Assembly: GCA_030390025.1 (NCBI GenBank)
Contig: CM059432.1
Span: forward strand, 143,098,001-143,162,000
DNA: 64,000 bases
Direction: 5' to 3'
Source: Squalus acanthias
Lineage: Eukaryota
Positions 60,977-64,000 of this stretch are shown piece after piece (within the stretch, counting starts at the first letter, position 1; the number at the start of each line of letters is the position of its first letter). The notes under the pieces were generated by a model. It made no database searches. It was not told the origin of the DNA and worked only from the letters and a program-made list of their open reading frames with translations. Position numbers and translations under genes: made by a program.

Positions 60977-63625
60977 CATAAGAACATAAGAAATAGGAGC
61001 AGGAGTAGGCCATTCGGCCCCTCGAGCCTGCTCCGCCATTCAATAAGATCATGGCTGATCTTCTACATCATCTCCACTTTCCTGCACTATCCCCATATCC
61101 CTTCATTCTCTTAAAATTCAAAAATCCATCGATCTTTGTCTTGAATAGACTCAACGACTGAGCCTTCACAGCCCTCTTGGGTAGAGAATTCCAATGATTC
61201 ACCACCCTCTGAGTGAAGAAATTTCTCCTCATCTCAGTCCTAAATGGCCGACCCCTTATTCTGAGACTGTGACCCCTGGTTCTAGACTCCCCGGCCAGGG
61301 AAAACATCCTCCCTGCATCTACCCTGTCAAGCCCTGTAAGAATTATGTATGTTTCAATGAGATCACATCTCATTCTTCTAAACTCGAGAGAATATAGGCC
61401 TAGTCTAATCAATCTCTCCTCATAGGTCAATCCCCCATCCCAGGAACCAGTCTGGTGAACCTTCGTTGACAAATCCAACCTGGCCAATTACCGCCCCATC
61501 AGTCTACTCTCAATCATCAGTAAAGTGATGGAAGGTGTCATCGACAGTGCTATCAAGCAGCACTTACTCACCAATAATCTGCTCACTGATGCCCAGTTTG
61601 GGTTCCGCCAAGACCACTTGGCTGCCGACCTCATTACAGCCTTCGTCCAAACATGGACAAAGGAGCTGAATTCCAGAGGTGAGGTGAGAGTGACTGCCCT
61701 TGACATCAAGGCAGCATTTGACCGAGTGTGGCATCAAGGAGCCCTAGTAAAACTGAAGTCAATGGGAATCAGGGGGAAAACACACCACTGGCTGGAGTCA
61801 TACCTTGCACAAAGGAAGATGGTTGTGGTGATTGAAGGTCAATCATCACAGCCCCAGGACATCGCTGCAGGAGTTCCTCAGGGCAGTGTCCTAGGCCCAA
61901 CCATCTTCAGCTGCTTCATCAATTACCTTCCCTCCAACATAAGGTCAGAAATGGGGATGTTCGCTGATGACTGCACAGTGTTCAGCACCATTTAGAACTC
62001 CTCAGATAATGAAGCAGTCCATGCCCACATGCAACAAGACCTGGACAACATTCAGGCTTGGGATAATAATTGGCAGGTAACATTCGCGCCACAGAAGTGC
62101 CAGGCAATGACTATCTCCAACAAGCGAGAGTCTAACCACCTCCCCTTGACATTCAATGGCATTACCATCACCGAATCCCCCACCATCAACATCCTGGGGG
62201 GGTCACCATTGACCAGAAACTTAACTGGACGAGCCACATAAATATTGTGGCAACAAGAGCAGGTCAAAGACTAGGTATTCTGCGGTGAGTGTCTCGCCTC
62301 CTGACTCCCAAAGCCTTTCCACCATCTACAAGGCACAAGTAAGGAGTGTGATCCACTTGCCTGGATGAGTACAGCTCAAACAACACTCAAGAAGCTCGAC
62401 ACCATCCAGGACAAAGCAGCCCGTTTGATTGGCACCCCATCCACCATCTTAAACATTCACTCCCTCCACCACCGGCGTACCGTGGCTGCAGTGTGTACCA
62501 TCTACAAGATGCACTGCAGCAACTCGCCAAGGCTTCTTTGGCAGCACCTCCCAAACCCACAACCTCTTCCACCTAGAAGGACAAGGGCAGCAGGTGCATG
62601 GGAACACCACCACCTCCAAGTTCCTCTCCAAGTCACACACCATCCTGATTTAGAAGTATATCGGCCGATCCTTCATCGTCGCTGTGTCAAAATCCTGGAA
62701 CTCCCTACCTAACAGCACAGTGGGAGTACCATCACCACACGGACTGCAGCGGTTCAAGAAGGCGGTTCACCACCACCTTCTCAAGGGCAACTAGGGATGG
62801 GCAATAAATGTTGGCCTTTCCAGTGCTGCCCAGATCCCATTAAAAAAAAACTCCCTCTATGGCAAGTATATCCATCCTTAGGTAAGGAGATCAAAACTGT
62901 ACACAATACTCCAGCCCTATATAATTGAAGTAAGACGTCTTTACTCTTATACTCAAATCCTCATGTAATAAAGGCCAACATACCATTTGCTTTCCTAATT
63001 GCTTGCCATACCTGCATGTTAACTTTCAGTGATTTGTATACAAGGACACCCAGGTCCCTCTGAACACCAACATTTCCCAATCTCTCACCATTTAAAAAAT
63101 ACTCTGCTTTTCTATTTTTCCTACCAAAGTGGATAACTTCACATTTCTCCACATTATATTCCATTTGCCATGTTCTTGCCCACTCACTTAGCTTGTCTAT
63201 ATCCCCTTGAAGCCTCTTTGCATTCTCCTCACAACTTACATTCCCACCCAGCTTTGTATCATCAGCAAACTTGGATATATTACATTTGGTCCCCTCATCC
63301 AAATCATTGATGTGGATTGTGAATAGCTGATGCCCAAGCACTGATCCTTGCGGTACCCCACTAGTTACATCCTGCCAACCCGAAAATGACCCGCTTATTC
63401 CTACTCTCTGTTTTCTGTCCGTTAACCAATCCTCAATCCATGCTAGTATATTACCCCCGATCCCATGAGCCCTAATTTTGTTTAATAACCTCTTGTGTGG
63501 CACCTTATCGAATGCCTTCTGAAAATCCAAATACACCACATCCACTGGTTCCCCCTTATCTATTCTACTAGTTACAACCTCAAAAACTCTAACAGATTTG
63601 TCAAACATGATTTCCCTTTCATAAA
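60977..63625 (-). mobile_element. CR1 LINE split by an opposite-strand LINE (pieces 60977-61468 and 62851-63625)
   Basis: 'gtgaaccttcgttg|...|ctccctctatggcaagtatatcc' rejoins into CR1. RT motifs are present in ORF 62961-63689. Confidence 0.9.
61469..62850 (+). mobile_element. 5'-truncated poly(A)-tailed LINE of a distinct CR1/L2-group family (RT pseudogene)
   Basis: 'NYRPISLLSIISKVMEG...QFGFR...ALDIKAAFDRVWHQG...AGVPQGSVLGPTIF...FADD', then AATAAA and A9. Confidence 0.88.
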
Positions 63626-63985
63626 GTGTGTACCATCTACAAGATACACAGCAGCAACTCACCAAGGCTCCTTCTGCAGCAGCTCTCAAACCTGTGACTC
63701 TACCACCTAGATATACAAGAGCAGCAGGCGCATGGGAACACCATCACATCCAAGTTCCCCTCCAAGTCACACACCATCCTGACTTGAAAGTATATTGCCT
63801 GATCCTTCATCGTCATTGGGTCAAAATCCTGGAACTCCCTACCCAACAGCACTGTGGGAGTACCTTCACCACACGGACTGCAGCGGTTCAAGAGGTGGCT
63901 CATCACCACCTTCTCAAGGGCAGTTAGGGTTGGGCAATAAATTCTGGCCTTGCCAGTGATGCCCAGATCCCATGAACGAATAAAT
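63626..63985 (+). mobile_element. Second 3' fragment of the same LINE family as 61469-62850
   Basis: Aligns to about 62491-62840 ('gtgtgtaccatctacaagat...gggcaataaa'). Confidence 0.85.
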
Positions 63986-64000
63986 AGAAATCCGTGTTGA

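Overview
This is eukaryotic, repeat-dense DNA, almost certainly from a cartilaginous fish (shark). That call rests on HER1-type CR1 LINE tails, SacSINE1-like DeuSINEs, Neptune-type Penelope-like elements (PLEs) and PIF/Harbinger families. No host protein-coding gene can be confidently identified, so the window looks intergenic or like part of a very large intron. Three long reading frames have recognisable products, all from transposable elements. These are a 5'-truncated PLE RT-thumb/GIY-YIG ORF (540-1421), a 5'-truncated CR1 ORF2 (39593-41791) and an uninterrupted Tigger/pogo DD32D transposase inside a full-length 2.4-kb element (42537-44945). The most structured region is a ~9-kb 16-bp minisatellite (37205-46206) that has taken four insertions. 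Two of them are inverted GC-rich Harbinger MITEs at the identical CTG phase, which bracket the young CR1 and the Tigger. Two PLE families carry minimal hammerhead ribozymes and repeatedly form fold-back insertions with 12-13 bp target-site duplications (TSDs). A 40-bp minisatellite with a 480-bp higher-order repeat produces spurious long ORFs. Family names come from motif recognition only, with no database search. Boundaries of decayed repeats are approximate.
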